The notes: a model not told the origin generated them from the sequence alone. A DNA stretch of 64,000 nt from Basidiobolus meristosporus CBS 931.73 (GCA_002104905.1 MCFE01000334.1:1-64000); one strand, 5' to 3'; numbered from the stretch's first letter, positions 48,628 through 63,700 are shown. Program-made: numbers and translations.

Positions 48628-49639
48628 GTTCGCTAATGTGCTAACGTCAGTTTGATCTGTGGGGACCCGATACCTTATATAGGCTGGTCTTGTGAACTAC
48701 GTACGTATTGTTTCAAGGATGACTTGGCGGAGCCATTAATCAGGTTACTTTCAAAAACGAGCGCATGTAACGCTTGGGTCAACTTTGAGGTAATTAGCGA
48801 TATCGGATTTGGCCCATACGGCACAAATCAGATGGGCATCTGAGGCAAAATACTATCGAGAATGTCCGCACCGCCTTCTCTCCTCGACCGAAATCCTGTA
48901 ATTCCTGTTGAGCCAGAAACACTCATATGACCCAGGAATGCCCCGAAATGTTGTAGGGACCTTTCCACACTCACCGCAATATCCAGCGGATGCTTGGCTG
49001 GATTACCTCATGCAGCCTGGCCCTCGTAGTTGACCGGCAGTTCGTTGACCGTCATCGTTACAGCTTTCTGATGAGTCAACCCGGTTGGGAATTTCAGCAC
49101 GCTTGTTGGGATGTGAATTTTCTAATGCAGAGTGGAGTTGCACTACTTGGTGATCCGAGCCTCAAAACCCCGACAGGCGGCAGTGGTGTCGAAACTTCTA
49201 CCTAAGCCGAAGACCGATGTACTCGGCTTTGGTGCTCCCCGATAGTACAATCTCCCCCATGGGCGCCAGCGGAGTCCCAAGGGTGCTCTTGTTGTGAGCA
49301 AATCCATGCTGGGATGAAGTCACCCTGGCATTGCTAATAGGCCCATAATGGCCTAGCTATTGCGTATATAGTTAATCAGCATTACATGGCACATTCTGTG
49401 ATTGCAATGGGCTCACTGGTGATCAGGGACCAGCCGATCATAGCCCTTATGCCTGATGAAACATCATACCTCGATTCCAGCCAATTTTGGAAAGTTTTGA
49501 TGTCGTGGATGTATGTCATCTCAATTTTGATACATTATTCCTTTAAAAAGACTTGTCCTGCCACACACTCCCGAATATTTTTGGGTATATTAGCGTCATG
49601 TCAACTCGTATGTAATTTGTATTGCATGCTCACTTTTAG

Positions 49640-50775
49640 CGAAGCCGTCTAACATTTCATCCCATGAAGCTATCTATCTGGCCTGCGATATAGCTGAAGA
49701 GAAAAACATACCTCTCGTCTCTCAGTTGGGCTGTACCGATCTGAAATGGACTCTGGCTGGAGGCTCCTCCACCGAGAGTGCCACTTTTTACATTAAACTG
49801 GATGACGGTGGCTTATTGTTCGTGCAATTGGCGCACTCCAACATCGGGTAAGTATTTCAACCGTAGCCAAACTTTATCACCAACTTACCGGTTTGTGCTA
49901 GTTTGAGTCCAACCGTTCAAACTACAGCACAGTACTTCAACGGGGAGGTCCACAAGTTTGAGACTGCTAATCGGTCGGCACGTACTTTCCAGGCCTCTTC
50001 GGACAAGGGATCTGTCTCGGTAGAGGGGATGACCATCGTCAACAACGAGGAAGACTCCAGACTGGATGTGTTGATCACGTTTGACACCCTGGAGATCAAG
50101 TTCAACTTCTCTATCGTCGACTGTGGTTTCCAGATCGGGGAGGGGAAGACGTATTTTGGTGAGTTGAGCCCGTCAAGCTTTATTTGTCACCAATCTTTCC
50201 CGAAGGGAACTGTGCGTGGAACCATAAAATACGACGACGAGACCCGCGATATCGTGGGTGAAGGCTACTACATCCATGCCGTGCTCAGTATGAAGCCACA
50301 CGAAGTAGCCACTAAATGCAACCTGATCACTCTACAAAGTGGAGATAACGCTCTAAGTTTGCTTCACTTCGATACGCCCGAAAGTTTCGATTTCATCCCG
50401 GTTACTCAAGCATCCCTCATCCTGAACAGAAAGCTGGTGGCAGTCACGGTTAAAAACACCGCTCAGTTCATTTCCACCAGCACCGATCCTGAGAATGGCT
50501 ATGAGGTTCCCTCCGAAGTGCACTATACCATGGATGGGGACACTCTGGATGGAAGACCCTTCCACTGTGAAGCCACCATCAAATTAACAAGCCTGCTGAT
50601 GAAGGTGGATGTACTAAGCGAGCTCCCATACATTCTCCGAAAGATCATCCAGTACTTTTTCACCAAGCCCTACATTTACCAGTTCTTCGACGATGCCGAG
50701 GTGACAGCCACCATCGGCGATGAAGAGGTCAGCTTCGGTGGAAAGGCCTTCTTCGAATGCTCGTTCTTGAACTGA
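49640..50775 (+). CDS. SVF1: Svf1-like lipid-binding/oxidative-stress survival protein; 5' end uncertain
   Basis: DLKWTLAGGSSTESATFY...FVQLAHSNIG-LSPTVQ across a 54-nt intron (49848-49901); GYYIHAV; KVDVLSELPYILRKIIQYFFTKPYIYQF. Confidence 0.85.
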
Positions 50776-51599
50776 CCGGTTATCTGGTGGAATAGCCATG
50801 GCCTCGCTTCCTGAGTCACCCTTTCGCTCGGAGCCGCTTGCTCCCAGACGATCCACTAGCAAATCATCTGTGCATCACACGGCTGTTGATACATTCCATC
50901 TCCACTTTCCTTAGATGCTGTAAACTAGAGATACTTCGTTTGTATTCGTAAGTGAACATGCCTATTATGTGTATTTATTGGCAAGTGGCAATAAACGAAG
51001 TTCGAGCAACCTTGCCATTCATTACACATCGGCTGGGTGGAGACCTTCTGGAGTGCGTACCACAGTGGCCCGACCTGGCGTCAGTTGATCACCCAAACGA
51101 GGTGCCGGATCTAGCCCGCAGGCACCGCGATCAGCGGCTCCCAAAAAGGTGTGGTCTGGGTGTCTTCACTTCACCGCATCCACCCTGCTTAGCTGGGCAA
51201 GCAAGTCGCAAACAAATTCAAACTTTCTTCAAGCTCGGGCATTTCTGTTGGATGGACCCTCGGTGGTTTCGCCGCCCTCTCTTCTCCCAAATGGGGAAAC
51301 CGTCAAGGCGGGCACTGTACGACTGCTCTCCGGGTGTTGTTGCGTAGCGCATGGGAGGTGGCGATTGGGACCATGATGGATTTACTGTTGACAGTGGAGA
51401 GCCAATCACCAGTGTTTTGGATAATGGTTAGCGGGCCTGAATTGACACATGAATGTATATAGTCGGGCCTGTTGTGGTGCTTTGGGGAAAGCAGTGAGCC
51501 CATGGGAAGGTCAGCTTGCACAGGAGTGGTGCCTGTATGGAATCAGCTGAAATATTTCTTGGCCAATGTATGAAGTGTTGATGCCAAAAATCAGAAATC

Positions 51600-51950
51600 T
51601 CATGGCACCAAGGGGTGTTGGACAAAGTACTGGCCTAGTGCAATGGGGTCAACACACACACCAGTCCCTCTGTAGCATTCCCTACACTTTCAACATATGG
51701 AATGGATTACTTCCAATTGCCTAGTGTTATCTGTCCCTATTCCATGGCCGGGGTACAGGATTTCCCTGGCCAGAAAGCCCTTGCCCCCAACTCTCCAAGT
51801 GGGCCATTCCCACAAACTAGTTCAGCTTGGAGTTTGGATGGATCAGACCCAGTGGAAACTGGGACTAAAGGATTACCAGCCCAGATGGAAGAGGATGATA
51901 GGCCTATAGTAGTGGCAGAAGCGGCTGCCTGGTGGTAGGCTCCTAATTCC
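51600..51950 (+). mobile_element. Non-LTR (LINE) reverse-transcriptase relic
   Basis: EWITSNCLVLS ~ W...N.L.LN, followed by KLVQLGVWMDQTQWK ~ KYLGV.LD..L.W; locally CpG-poor inside the CpG-rich island. Confidence 0.45.
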
Positions 51951-54442
51951 CTAGGGAGGTATGATGCCATCATGCAGCGCAGGTTGGGCTGATGAGCAGT
52001 CTGCTGAACACAGGCTAATTATGGTAAGCTCGACAGGTATCTTCCCGCACCAGAGGAGCGTGTTGACGGGATACAATGCTACGTTTTAGATCATCATCTC
52101 GTACCCATTTGGTGGGGGGGGGGCGTATGCGAATCCGAGCTTACCAGGTGGCCTCAGATTCCGACGGAAGTCGTGACCATTGGGCAATGGCAGTGGCAAC
52201 ACAGTCTTCAAGGCCCATGGAAAACATGGACAGGCGTCGGCTACAGGATCAATTTAGATATTAGCCTCCAGTTCATACGCTTCGTCCAACAGCCAGCCTG
52301 TGAAGTGGGGGTGGAAATAGTCAGGAGCTGGGTAAGACATGTCTTATTGTCTCATTCATGGCCAGTGGATAGGTATGCTGGGGAATTCGCCAACCGCTCG
52401 CCGAGAACACGTATTAGTCGCCATGAGGGCATCCGAATGAGTTGTTGCCCACACCAGATTGAGGATAGCACTTTACTACATGCCAGACTATGATTCAACA
52501 TTATGACCAGTTTTGAATCTTGCCGGCCCAGAGAACATTGGTGCATCCATCACATGAAAATCAAGCGGCTCTAATCCCGTTTAAACGCATCATCCTGCAA
52601 GCAGATCCTGCTACGGCCTATTTTGGTCACGACCAACAGGATACGCTTACTAAATACAGAGATATGAAGACTAATAAAGGTACTGCCATATCTCCCCCTT
52701 AATATACGATTCACTCGTTGGCAAACCCGCGGATTTAAGGGGAGCCCTTCCTAATAAGTCAGCGGAGCATAGGCTCGAGCAACATTGCTAGATACAGTGA
52801 GCGCTGTCTTCGATGGGGAATGGCTGATTCATGTTTGTTGCATAAGATCCAAGACACTTCGAGTGGTCATGACGTGATGGCATCAGGATCTCCCCTTAGA
52901 ATGCGGCCGGGTGCTTCATTGGCTGGGGCGATGCGAAACGGTGGCCGGGGTGGCCGCCCCGATTTCTACACTACGCAGTCCATAGAGATGTACATCCGTT
53001 TGCCAACTAATGGCTTCATGTGTAATAAATCAAAATCACATCAACACCGGTTTCATCAACCGGGTGGATAGATGTTCATAAAGCAGTCTACTCAGGCAGG
53101 ATCATAGCCAATATCAGGCTTGAGTAATGGTATGTCACGACCAGTGCCATGAATGGTCTCAGAGTAACACAGCTATGCCAAGATGAGCCATTGAGGCTGC
53201 AGTCATATTATAGATCAACCAGGTCAGAGAAATCCCAAAATATGGTTCCTTAGACAGTTGATGGAAGTGGTGATGGGAGGAGCAAGGCGAAGGATCAACA
53301 ATCGGTCCGTCCTCAAGGCGAGCCACTTTGGGACTCGGACTGGTGCTACCCGAGGCATTCCATGTGGGTTTTGGTGGGTGGGCGGCGGGGCTGCCACCCA
53401 CTACCCGGAGTGCTGGCCGCCGGACGGGGCTGCCTGAAGCCAAATAACAAACACTTGGATCGCAACCCATCGCATTCTGGACTCGGGATTAGCTTCTTGC
53501 AAAACGATCAGTAATCTGCCTTTACGTGGAACCAGCTGGAACTACGTCAAATCCGCTGACCCTCACGGCGAGATCGAACATGATTAAAACGAAGGAAGTT
53601 CCGAAACAAGTGCGCGCAATCTAATTAAATGAAAGAGCTCAAGGCAATCAGCAACCTGCTTCCGGCTGTACCTCAAAAATCTAACAAATGATCTAATCTG
53701 AGCGGAATCATGATCCAAACGTCTGTTACTTGGGTAGGCGGTGCCGTATCTGTGACATCGTCGGTGGACTTGATTTGGCGGGTTGGTGGATGTGTAGTGG
53801 AGTTGTAGCAAATGTGATTCACCATTGTGCTTGGCAATTGGATGACGCCAGAGGATGGCCATCGTGAGGGAGAGGTGCCTCACAGGTATCCGGGCTAATC
53901 AAGTATCTGGGACGTTGGTACCTGCCTAGTTGGAACGGCGATAGGGGTTGCAGCCTGTTCGGGAGATGCCCGAAGGCTTGCTCTGGAGAATGCACCCCCA
54001 GGCTGCTGCTGGCACCTAGCGCACCGCAACGGATGCAAGGCGTGGATGTGGTGAGTGTGTGCTGGGAAATGCTGCTTGGCCATCGAAATATTCTCATCGA
54101 GCTAGACAAGCAGAATGCCACCATGAGACCCATCCAATGGCTCCATTGAGTGGGCAAGCGGCGATTCGCCAGTTGGCGATCATTACGTAACTGGGAGCTG
54201 CCGGTTACTAAATGTTGATGATCGTGTATTGCTCATCGCTGAATGGGCATATTCACACCAAAATCGTCCTGAGCCTTCGACTGGAACAGTAATTAATTAT
54301 CGTTCGGGTGACCATTTTGCTTGATCCATCCACTGCCACCGTGAACCACCCGCATGAGTGATCTTCAATGCTGGTGAGGTGGAATCAAATTGGGCAATCG
54401 AGCATATGCCGTGCGACGGGACTGTAACCTCGTCCCAAGCCT

Positions 54443-54672
54443 TCTGGGGAGCCACTGCTCCATGGAGAATGTCAGCTGCTTCCTGCAAGCTGCCGTCCAC
54501 TATGCGGGAGCCTGGCCCAGTTACAGCACTGATCACCTCCCTCGCGCGAGAAGGCCTCTGGGGAGCCACTGCTCCATGGAGAATGTCAGCTGCTTCCTGC
54601 AAGCTGCCGTCCACTATGCGGGAGCCTGGCCCAGTTACAGCACTGATCACCTCCCTCGCGCGAGAAGGCCTC
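54443..54672. repeat. Perfect 114-bp direct tandem duplication
   Basis: TCTGGGGAGCCACTGCTCC... begins at 54443 and 54557; the 38-codon period keeps overlapping frames open. Confidence 0.95.
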
Positions 54673-55184
54673 AAGCCCCAGCGCTTGGCAGGTGTCTCAC
54701 TCAGCCGAGTGGGTGCAAGACCGATTGGTACCAAGCGCCCAACCTGAGCATACAAGGATCCTCCCGAATCGGTTGTGTGGTTAGGGGGCACCTCAGCGAG
54801 TGAGACACGGGCTGATGAACGGGCTGCTGTCAGCATGACTGGCCGCCGGCCACAAGGCAAGTCCTGGGTGAGCTAACATATGGGGTGGTTTATTTCATAC
54901 AGTAAGGTTTTTGGGGGAGACGAATCTTCTGAAGCCACGATCTCGCGGTATGAGCTAGCATACGGATAATAAAATAGGGGGAATTTCTGGCAAGGAAACA
55001 CAATAAAATATGTATATATCTACAAAATTACTTCGACGGCACGTTACACGGTTTACAGTTCACAAAACTCTGATTAACCAAATTAGTGTCATATGATGGT
55101 GATCGAAAACGTTTTTGGCCCAAGGCGGTTGATTTAGATCCAGAAATCAGGTTATTTCGGATGCTGTGCCGACTACGCGTGCAT

Positions 55185-56066
55185 TTACGAATAGTTGCAC
55201 ATATCCATCACAGAAAGTCGCCGCGAGAGGCCCGGCTTACAGGTGGCTTCGGCGCTATACGAGGGGTTCTCGATGGCATGGGCCACACCGGAGTCTTCCT
55301 CGCGAACGGCGGTCAGGGTGTTTTGTGCGCGAGGGATCTGGCGGATCGAATTCAACTCGGCTAGGTGCATCAAAGATATGCTTTGCTGTGCGTGGATCTG
55401 TTCATTCTTAAGTAGGTTTGGGTCAAGAGAGAAGCGCCGCTTTAGGGAGGGGTGATCGTGGACATTGGTGACTGTGGTGGGCTGCGAGAACCGGCGTTTC
55501 AAGAGGCTGCTCCTTGCCGACGAGGCCTCGAACATGTCCATGGACTTGAGCTCGGTAATGGGCGACAGTTTGTGATAGAACAGAGAGTCCGAGGTAGGCT
55601 GGAAAGGAGGTAGAATCGGTTGGCTAGGAGATAGATTGATTCCGATGGAGTCAAGAAGATTTGATGATTGGGATAAATCAGTGGTGGGAATGTGGGCAGG
55701 CTTGTTGGAATTCTTCCTTCGACTCCCGGATGATAAGCTGGTCATCAGTCCAGAGAGGGGAGGCTTCCCTGTTCTGCTACTGTGCGTTTGGACATGTTGC
55801 ATCATATTATCAAATCTACTGAATATTCTACTACAATTGGGGATAATGCATTGAAAGGGTTTTTCTCCGGTGTGCTTACGCTCATGTCTTGCCAAGTGCT
55901 CGGACCTTGTGAAAACCATTCGACAGTCGCCAAAAGTGCACTGGAAAATCTTTGGCTTGTGCGGCTCCCCGTTGCGCCCCCTGGTCTGGCGTTTTTTCGA
56001 CATGGAAGGAAAGGGTTCTTGAGAAGAGGTGGAATTATGGCTAGCATTCATGATGCGAATATTCAA
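55185..56066 (-). CDS. Two-finger C2H2 transcription factor (fungal Usv1/Rgm1/NsdC-like), 293 aa
   Basis: [55 protein letters not shown]; C-terminal [10 protein letters not shown]. Confidence 0.9.
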   Translation of the reverse strand: MNIRIMNASHNSTSSQEPFPSMSKKRQTRGRNGEPHKPKIFQCTFGDCRMVFTRSEHLARHERKHTGEKPFQCIIPNCSRIFSRFDNMMQHVQTHSSRTGKPPLSGLMTSLSSGSRRKNSNKPAHIPTTDLSQSSNLLDSIGINLSPSQPILPPFQPTSDSLFYHKLSPITELKSMDMFEASSARSSLLKRRFSQPTTVTNVHDHPSLKRRFSLDPNLLKNEQIHAQQSISLMHLAELNSIRQIPRAQNTLTAVREEDSGVAHAIENPSYSAEATCKPGLSRRLSVMDMCNYS

Positions 56067-59000
56067 CGTAGGAAATGCTTCTGGCCGTGACCGGATATAT
56101 TTGCCTTATTCAAAGGAGTGAGAAGGAAGTTGAATGGGTGGCGAAGCGGAAGAAACCTCTATTTATAATGAAAGCCATCTGGGGCTCAGAATCGTGGACG
56201 TGGTAGATCGGATCAAGAAGGCAGCCAAGAGAGGGTTAGGACGCACTTGGCCTCGTCAGTTGAGATCTCATATATTCTTCATAAATAAAAGTGGATGAGG
56301 TGCTATTTCTGCAGATTCCCTGGGATCACCCGAGGCTGTCTATTCACTAGATCGACTGTATGGAGCGCAGTAAAACAGAGGATTTGGAAAAGGCTACCAA
56401 CCCGTTGCATCTCAGTAAAACCTGATTGCCCACTGCTGAATGTAGGAAGATCATCCAATTATACGTCAGTTGAGCCTGGTCACACTCAATTAATGCAGCT
56501 TGGCCCGCTATGCAAAATGGAATCGATCATCACAAAGATGCGAGTATTCCTGGATCTTGTCAGGAACCCTCTTTCCATTCGAACGTTGCCCTCACACCAC
56601 GAGCATCGGGCAGCCCAGTGGGCAGCTCGTTTTGTTCAGATTGCGAGGATTATTCAGCTGGCTTGACATAATTTCAAGGAGTAATTGGGCCACCTGGCGG
56701 GCAAGGTGATCGCCGAGAGCAGCCTGTACTCGAATCTTAATCTATGACTCTGGCTGGCCGTCCATGAAATCTTCCCACTCCTAGATCGCTTGACCTTGAG
56801 CGTCTCCATGCTCTTATCAGTCTGCTTGTGGCACACACCACACCAATGTGTTGAGCCGATTCAGCATGCAGGCCTCATCCGATTGTCGAGCGATAAGACT
56901 GCACACCAGAGGCATCCACTCGCAGTTACCGTCGAGCACGGCGAGTGAGGCCAAACCGGGGTTTCAACAGAGTTATGCTGAATGCCGCCCAAACCTTACT
57001 GCCCCTTGCTACTGGGCCAGTGTAGATGCGCGTCGTCCCAGCAGAGATAAGAAATGGCCTACGGGAACCTGGCCTAGGGAACGGCGTGCTGCGGGAAGCA
57101 AGCGTCGACGAGGGTTAGGGCTCAGGGTGGAATGTGGAGGGTGCGATTGGCCAGCCGCCAGCCGCACCAAACAATGTCATCTAGGATGGAATGATCCAAG
57201 TCTATTTGGCAGCAGTGCCTCTGGATCCGATTCAAAGGAGATTAGCCAAATGTTTACAAGCGTTTAACATTGTGTAATGACCGAACAAGACAGTTTCACT
57301 CGAGGAGATTTCTAATCACTGAAGAATTGATCTCAATAGCAGCATTTCGCATAAGTTGCCTCAAACATCCCTGGATTTCAGATTCTCAGAACCGATTCAC
57401 TTTGCAGAGATATACACGTTATGACTAGAGCGGCCATTCAAATGACTTCAGTGTTCTAGTCACCTTTGAGACTTGACCTGATGGGGATGAGGATTCCCAG
57501 TCCTCCATATTCTGTACTTTGTATTCCGTAACCAATATAAATAAACGTTGGAGTACACTACCAGGTCAGTCAGAGAATGCTCGAATCAGCGACTCCTGCT
57601 AAATCGAGTTCCAGCGTTCTCAGTGACATAACACCCATCCAAATCCAGCGCCCAAATCCATTCACACACTACTGATTAATTGCTCCCAGCAGAGAGCTCG
57701 ATGGAGACTGCTGAGCCGAGGATGATAAATGGAGTGGATTCTTGTTCTAATCAACTTCCCAATCAAGCAACCACCCATTTGACTAGGGCACAACGCTGGG
57801 CATCTTCCACCTGCTTTGCCTGCCCATTCATGCACGTTGACTGCCGATACCATCGCCAGAAGGTGCAACCCTCTCACGCAGGGCATCGTTGTCCAGAATA
57901 CTGGGCTAAATAGCCTTCTTGGGGCCAGTGGCCGCACTGGAGAGTCATAGCAGATGGGTTTGGCTAAATTGGGCTTGAGCATCGCAACACCAAGCAAATA
58001 TGGGTTAGGCATCGGAAATATATAAATAGCACTGTTCTATAGGATTCCCCCTTGACGACCCTACTGATTTGTACCTGTACGGGAATTCATGTTACTAGCC
58101 CAAGCACCAGACAACACAGTGTTGGTTACAATATCGGCTTCATTGGGCTCATCTGTATGCAGGTATCCTTTCAAGGGATGAGAAGATATGGTTGCTTTTG
58201 CGGCAGATGCCCTGAATACTGATGCCTGATGCTTTACCCCTGACTGGGCCTGCTAAAGCCACCGTGCTCCTTAGGGTGCCTTGGTTGTTTTCCGGTGTCC
58301 GAGATTAATAAGCTTACCTCTTGTGGATTGTTCGCTACACAGAAACCTTGTCAGTTAGGCACCAATTCATGATCCAATCACAGTATTGTCCTGAGCTAAT
58401 TTGCTGGAGATTCCCAAGCTTAATCATCAAAATTAGCCGGCCGTTATCGATGACGACCTCAATATTTAGGCATACAGGAAAAAGGTTGCTATACCCAACC
58501 TTGTGCATCGTTACTGAAGCTCGCACATAATACTTGTGTGCCTGTGTGCCATAAGAGCTAGAGTGAAATCATTGATGCTACACTTCTCACGTTGGTCTTC
58601 ACATTGATCCTGAGCATATGATTTCTATCCATCAATTCCTGCTGCAGTGATCTGGCGGGATTGATTTTCCATCAGGCGCTTGACGATACTCTACATATAA
58701 ATATATATGTAATGACCCAGAATCAGAACCGGTGTTTTCAATGGAATTTGGTTGGTGCTGATTTTCAAGAACTTGGTTACTTCCTGTATATTCAAAGATT
58801 CGATGGAAAATCCTTCCCAACCATTGTCATCAGGCCTATTTCATTAAATACCGCTTTGTTTAATGTTGCAGGCTCCGGAATCAAATACACCATTCGTGGA
58901 ATGTACCTGCCTGTGGGGAACTTGTAGAAGCATTCATGCTATCGGTCTCAATGACCCCAAACCTTGCACACTGCCTCCCTGGCGTTTTCTCACATTGTCA

Positions 59001-59199
59001 GTAATTCTTTTACTCAGCTTTACAACATGTATAAATCTTGGTTTCAATCAAGGATACATATAATTGTCTACAGATTGTTTCTTACTTGCATGAGGAGTAG
59101 GATTGACAAACATTTACTGAGCCAGAAGGACCATCTAGAGATCTGGCTGGGGAGTAGTGATGATTTTGCTTTTTAGTTTGACAAGCTTATGCCAGCCAT

Positions 59200-60700
59200 G
59201 CATTTATTTACTGTTGATATTGTATCTTGTTCCAAAATGTCTCAGAATACTTCTCTATATTCATGGGGCTAGGATACAATTAATTGAACTCAAAGTGACA
59301 ATTGGGATGCCTTGTCAAAAAATCAGGTAGAGCCTAAGTATCTCTTGAATGGCTTCTGCAAGATATTAGAAGCCCCAATATGGTAGCAAGTAATACCAAC
59401 TCTCTGACTAATCCAGAAATGCTGTAGATACAGTAAATATGACTATTAGTCTACTTCAGTAGCAATGCTCATACTACTCACCATAATAGTTAAATCCATA
59501 TCAAATTGGTATTCAACATTATGAAGCAAGATTGCTACTTCCAAGTAGATATCCTAGATCTACATCTATTTCACTCCAAGGTACATTGAACTCATTTTGG
59601 TAAGCAGCAAGAGTTGTATTATATGCCCTGGATATATGTGCTTTATATGTTTGGCTTATATCCAAAAGATTCAGATATCCTAAGAATCAATATAGCTTAT
59701 TACTATAGTATAGGAAATCTAGTCAATATCTGGCTTGTATAATATATGCCAAGTTTTTAAACTTTGAAACCTTGGAGCCCATCAAGACTCTGAATATTTC
59801 CAAAAGCCCCCAAACATTACACAAATATCCTGAAGTATAAGTTTTTCATATGGGCACAATAGATACAGGTAAATATACTAGAGTTCATCAACTTGCTTGT
59901 TATATCCTATGCTTTTCAGAGCCTTCTAACAGTACTGAGTATAATAAAGTAAGTACTCTTTAAAAACCTTATCAGTGCTATTACAGGAATATTAGGAGAG
60001 GCCCCTGCAAGTAATATGCAAGGCTTAGAGGCCACTGATCATACCTGAGAGTCTTCACAGCACAGATTACTGCTGACTCTAAATGTAGGCCAATACTTCA
60101 TGCACCAGATGTTAGAGCATATTATAGATTTAGCAACTTGATATGTTAATCTCAGATATTTTATACCTGGGATATAAACTAAGTACTTAGTATTCAATCC
60201 CACTTTTGATATGCTATATCAGACAGGGACCTCTATATAAGGCTATTTTTTCTACATTTTTTGATGCTGAGCAAATGATTTCTATATATCTCTAATACTC
60301 ATTGGTAATCTCTCCCCAGAGGAGGTAACTTTAATGATGTAATCAAGAGATCATCTTAAAGCTGAGATCCATTCACTGAGAGGTATTGATATTACTAAGT
60401 TACTTTGGATGAACAGCCCATTTAAAACTGCCCCTCAACATTCAAAAAACCTGGCCAAAATGAAGGACCCTATTTATTGGCTCTGTCCTTATATAGGTTT
60501 CTGTACATTTTGGCACCAGCCCTTACCCTATACTATTGCAGTAACTCCCTCAGAATCCACCTTCCACCTTAAGAAAAGTATTTTTCCCCACTAACAACTC
60601 TTATTCAAGTCAGCCCATAAGATCCTGTTACAATATTGCTGATGCATATATACATTTGAATCCATATCCTTCTTTGTAGCCTTTTGACTGTTTCCCCACA
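59200..60700 (+). mobile_element. Highly decayed Ty3/gypsy pol relic; boundaries approximate
   Basis: SVLLQEY*ERPLQVICK ~ RNase H GAVLLQ..ERPIAY.SR; strongly CpG-depleted. Confidence 0.4.
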
Positions 60701-60727
60701 GTTTGTTGGAGATATATGGCTAGTAAG

Positions 60728-63700
60728 CCCTATGAAAAATCTCAAAGTTGGAATTCATCTGGTTTTCAGCTGGTTTTATAATGGTATTTTGATATTATTC
60801 AGCTGGTGTTTTTGGTTCAAAATTTAAATGCAATTTTTGATGGATGTAATGGGCTGCTAATTACCAAATTTGGTATGGATGCTAGTTAACCTAGTTTCCT
60901 TCTGTATAATTTGTTTGCTTGCCTACCCATAAGCTAACAACAGAGATATTGAGAGTTGTCAATTTTGAGAAGCTTAGAATTCAGCTGATATTATGATGGT
61001 ATTTTGCTGGCATTTACTTAATTTTTTTCTTAGGGTAAGTCTTGTTGGGTTGTATCTGTGGATAAAGCTGTGATGGTGTTATGGGAGCCATTCAGCAAGC
61101 TTCTGATAACTTTATCATAGCCTTGTGTTTACTAACTGCTTTTACTGCAACATGTTGCCACACCAATGGAACTGATGTTATTAAGCTATCAATTGCTTCA
61201 TAGGATCACTATGTTGCACTGTGAAATCATGCATGGCCAGTTTTCAACTTGTAATTTGCTGGCATTCTGCTGGTGTTTTTGCCGCAAATATTCAGTTTCA
61301 ATTTTTGACATAAATAAAGACCACCAGTTACCAATTTTTTACACATGCCAGTTAGCCTAATATTCCCTGGAAGTGATGTCTGCTTCTCTATTTTGAAGCT
61401 GATATGTGAGATGTTGAGATGTGTCACTTTTGGTAAAGATGGCACTCTACTGATATCCCCTATAAGAAATTATTATGATGATCCTGTCAAAAGGCTGTCA
61501 CAGATTCAAAGTCCCATGACTAAGAGGTACTGATCCTAGACACTTGATCACCTCCAACATTTGTAAGCATGGGTTGGCTATTGTCTCTTTCTCACACTCC
61601 TTACTTCCTGACTCAACTGTTTCTCTAACTTTTTATGTATACAAATTGATTTGTTTCCATTGAAGCTTCAGTTGTACCTCAATTGCTAATTGTATTGACC
61701 TATGCAAGTCCCTATACCTTGCACTACTATTAAGCCCAGCCCCACACTAAACAAGTAACTCCATTAAAATCCATCACTCAATAAGTATTTCTGCTGTAAC
61801 ACTCTGTTTCCATGACTCTGGCAGGAACCCAACAGCCTTATGCCACTGTTCATTCACTGGTTCCCACACTTCCTGGCCTTCAGCAGGCAGTGCAAAGTCT
61901 AGCACCTCATCTGCCAGTCTTAGCAATAAATCCTTGCAATGTTGAAGTGTGTTTTCTTAAGAACCGCTCTTGAAGAGGCTCTGCAACCACTTGGTGTGCC
62001 TATTAATGTTCCAAATTACACTGAAGGCATTGTGATAGTATTTTGAGTTCTTGACATTGTAGCCTTGTATGTCAGTGGGATTTCCACTTTGTTAACAATG
62101 GAGGATGTGGATGCTGTGGTAGACAAATTGCCTTTCTCTGCAAACTCATCTACCTGACTGGAGTGTAGCTTAACTGGCTGCACTTCCAACTCTTGTGAAA
62201 ACAGCTGTTTTCTTGCTGGTAATTCTTCTTGGTTATAATGTGGTTCAGTCTGCTCTGGGCTTACAGCATTAATTGGCAAGAACTACAGTTCTTTTTGTTT
62301 GCTTACATGTCTCAGGCTTGGGCAGACATTTCTCCCTTTACCTTTTCCTTTATCATTGCCATGTTGTTCACTGCTGCCTTGTCTGAGTGCTTCTTGTAAT
62401 GAACTAAATTTTCTCCTTGATAAATTCTGCTCTGACTCTTCTGTTTTGGCCTGCTTGTCCCTTACCAGCACTCTCCTGGCAACTTATTATTTCTTTACCG
62501 CTTATTTTGAGCTCTCAGCTGTGTTGTGATGGGCTCCCAAGAAAGCCACCAGTTGTATCACAGCCAGGTCCTTCACTGCTACTTTGACTGAGTGCTTCTT
62601 GAGTGGTACTATGCTTTTTCCTTCATAAATGATGTGCTGGTGCATCTGTGTCTGCCTGCTTGTCCCTTATTGGCACTCTTTTAGCTTCCTGACATCTCTT
62701 TGATGCTTGTTTGGAGCTTTCAGCCCTGCTTGTAATGGGCTCTTGAGGAAGCTGATGGTTTTTAACCATGGCACCCTTATTCTTCTGCCTTTGATACTTT
62801 CTGCTATTCTTGGGATACTTTCTTAGCATACCAATCCTGGCTCAAAATCTATTTACCCCTTTGAATCCAGGACAATACTCATGGAACAAGTCAAGCGCAT
62901 TCTGCTTGGCCTTGAGTTCCTGATGGTCCCATAGTCTGCCAGCCTTAAGGTGATGGTGTGCTAGACTTCTAACAGCCTCCTGAATATTAACCCACTCTTC
63001 ATTATTGCACTCAATAACTTCACAGATCTTCAAATTCCTTTGATTTTTATGCTTTTGTATAAACACCACATTGTCTTGCTCCCATGCTGCAGTATATTGT
63101 TCTATGAGCTTTATCTTTGGGTACTGTTATTGTACTTCAAAGACTGTATGGAGTTCCTCTGCTGTTACATATGGAAATGGCTCAATTCTTGGCTGTGACA
63201 ATGAGCTATTTGAGTCCCATCTTTGAAGCAATGATACTGCTTTCTCTACCTGAGATATTGATTGCTTTACACATATCTGCTCATCCTGTTTCTGGACTAC
63301 TTCCTGATTTCACTGGGCCATTGAATCTATCCTATCAGCCACTGCACCATATTACTTCATTAATACTTTGGTATGAGCTGACAACATACTTGCTAATATG
63401 GGTTGTGGTGATGTTATGACAGCCACTTGCCGGTCTTCAGCTGAAGGTACTGCATTTGCTACACACTCTTCTGCTTGTGCATAACAGTCAGCTTGCGGCT
63501 CTGCAGAGGTTTTCAATTGCCTACTTGACTGAGAGCCTAAGGAGTCCACATTATTACCTTCAGTGGGCACACTGTCAGCATGGCATTTTATGGATGTAAA
63601 CCTGCTTATTGCACTGAATGTCAAAGCAAGCTGTTGTCCAACAGTTCTTCTGCTACCATCAGAGGTGGGGTTTGGTTGAGAGCCAGACAACTTTGCTTTA

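Noticed and set aside
58120-58170. NIGFIGL as the start of a Rossmann-fold dehydrogenase after a TATA box at ~58021
   Set aside because: The GxGxxG pattern is not completed and no downstream frame or exon continues it.
56100-59200. Short ORFs, tRNA or snRNA genes in the C2H2 upstream region
   Set aside because: No recognisable protein motif, cloverleaf or conserved RNA signature; treated as intergenic/regulatory DNA.
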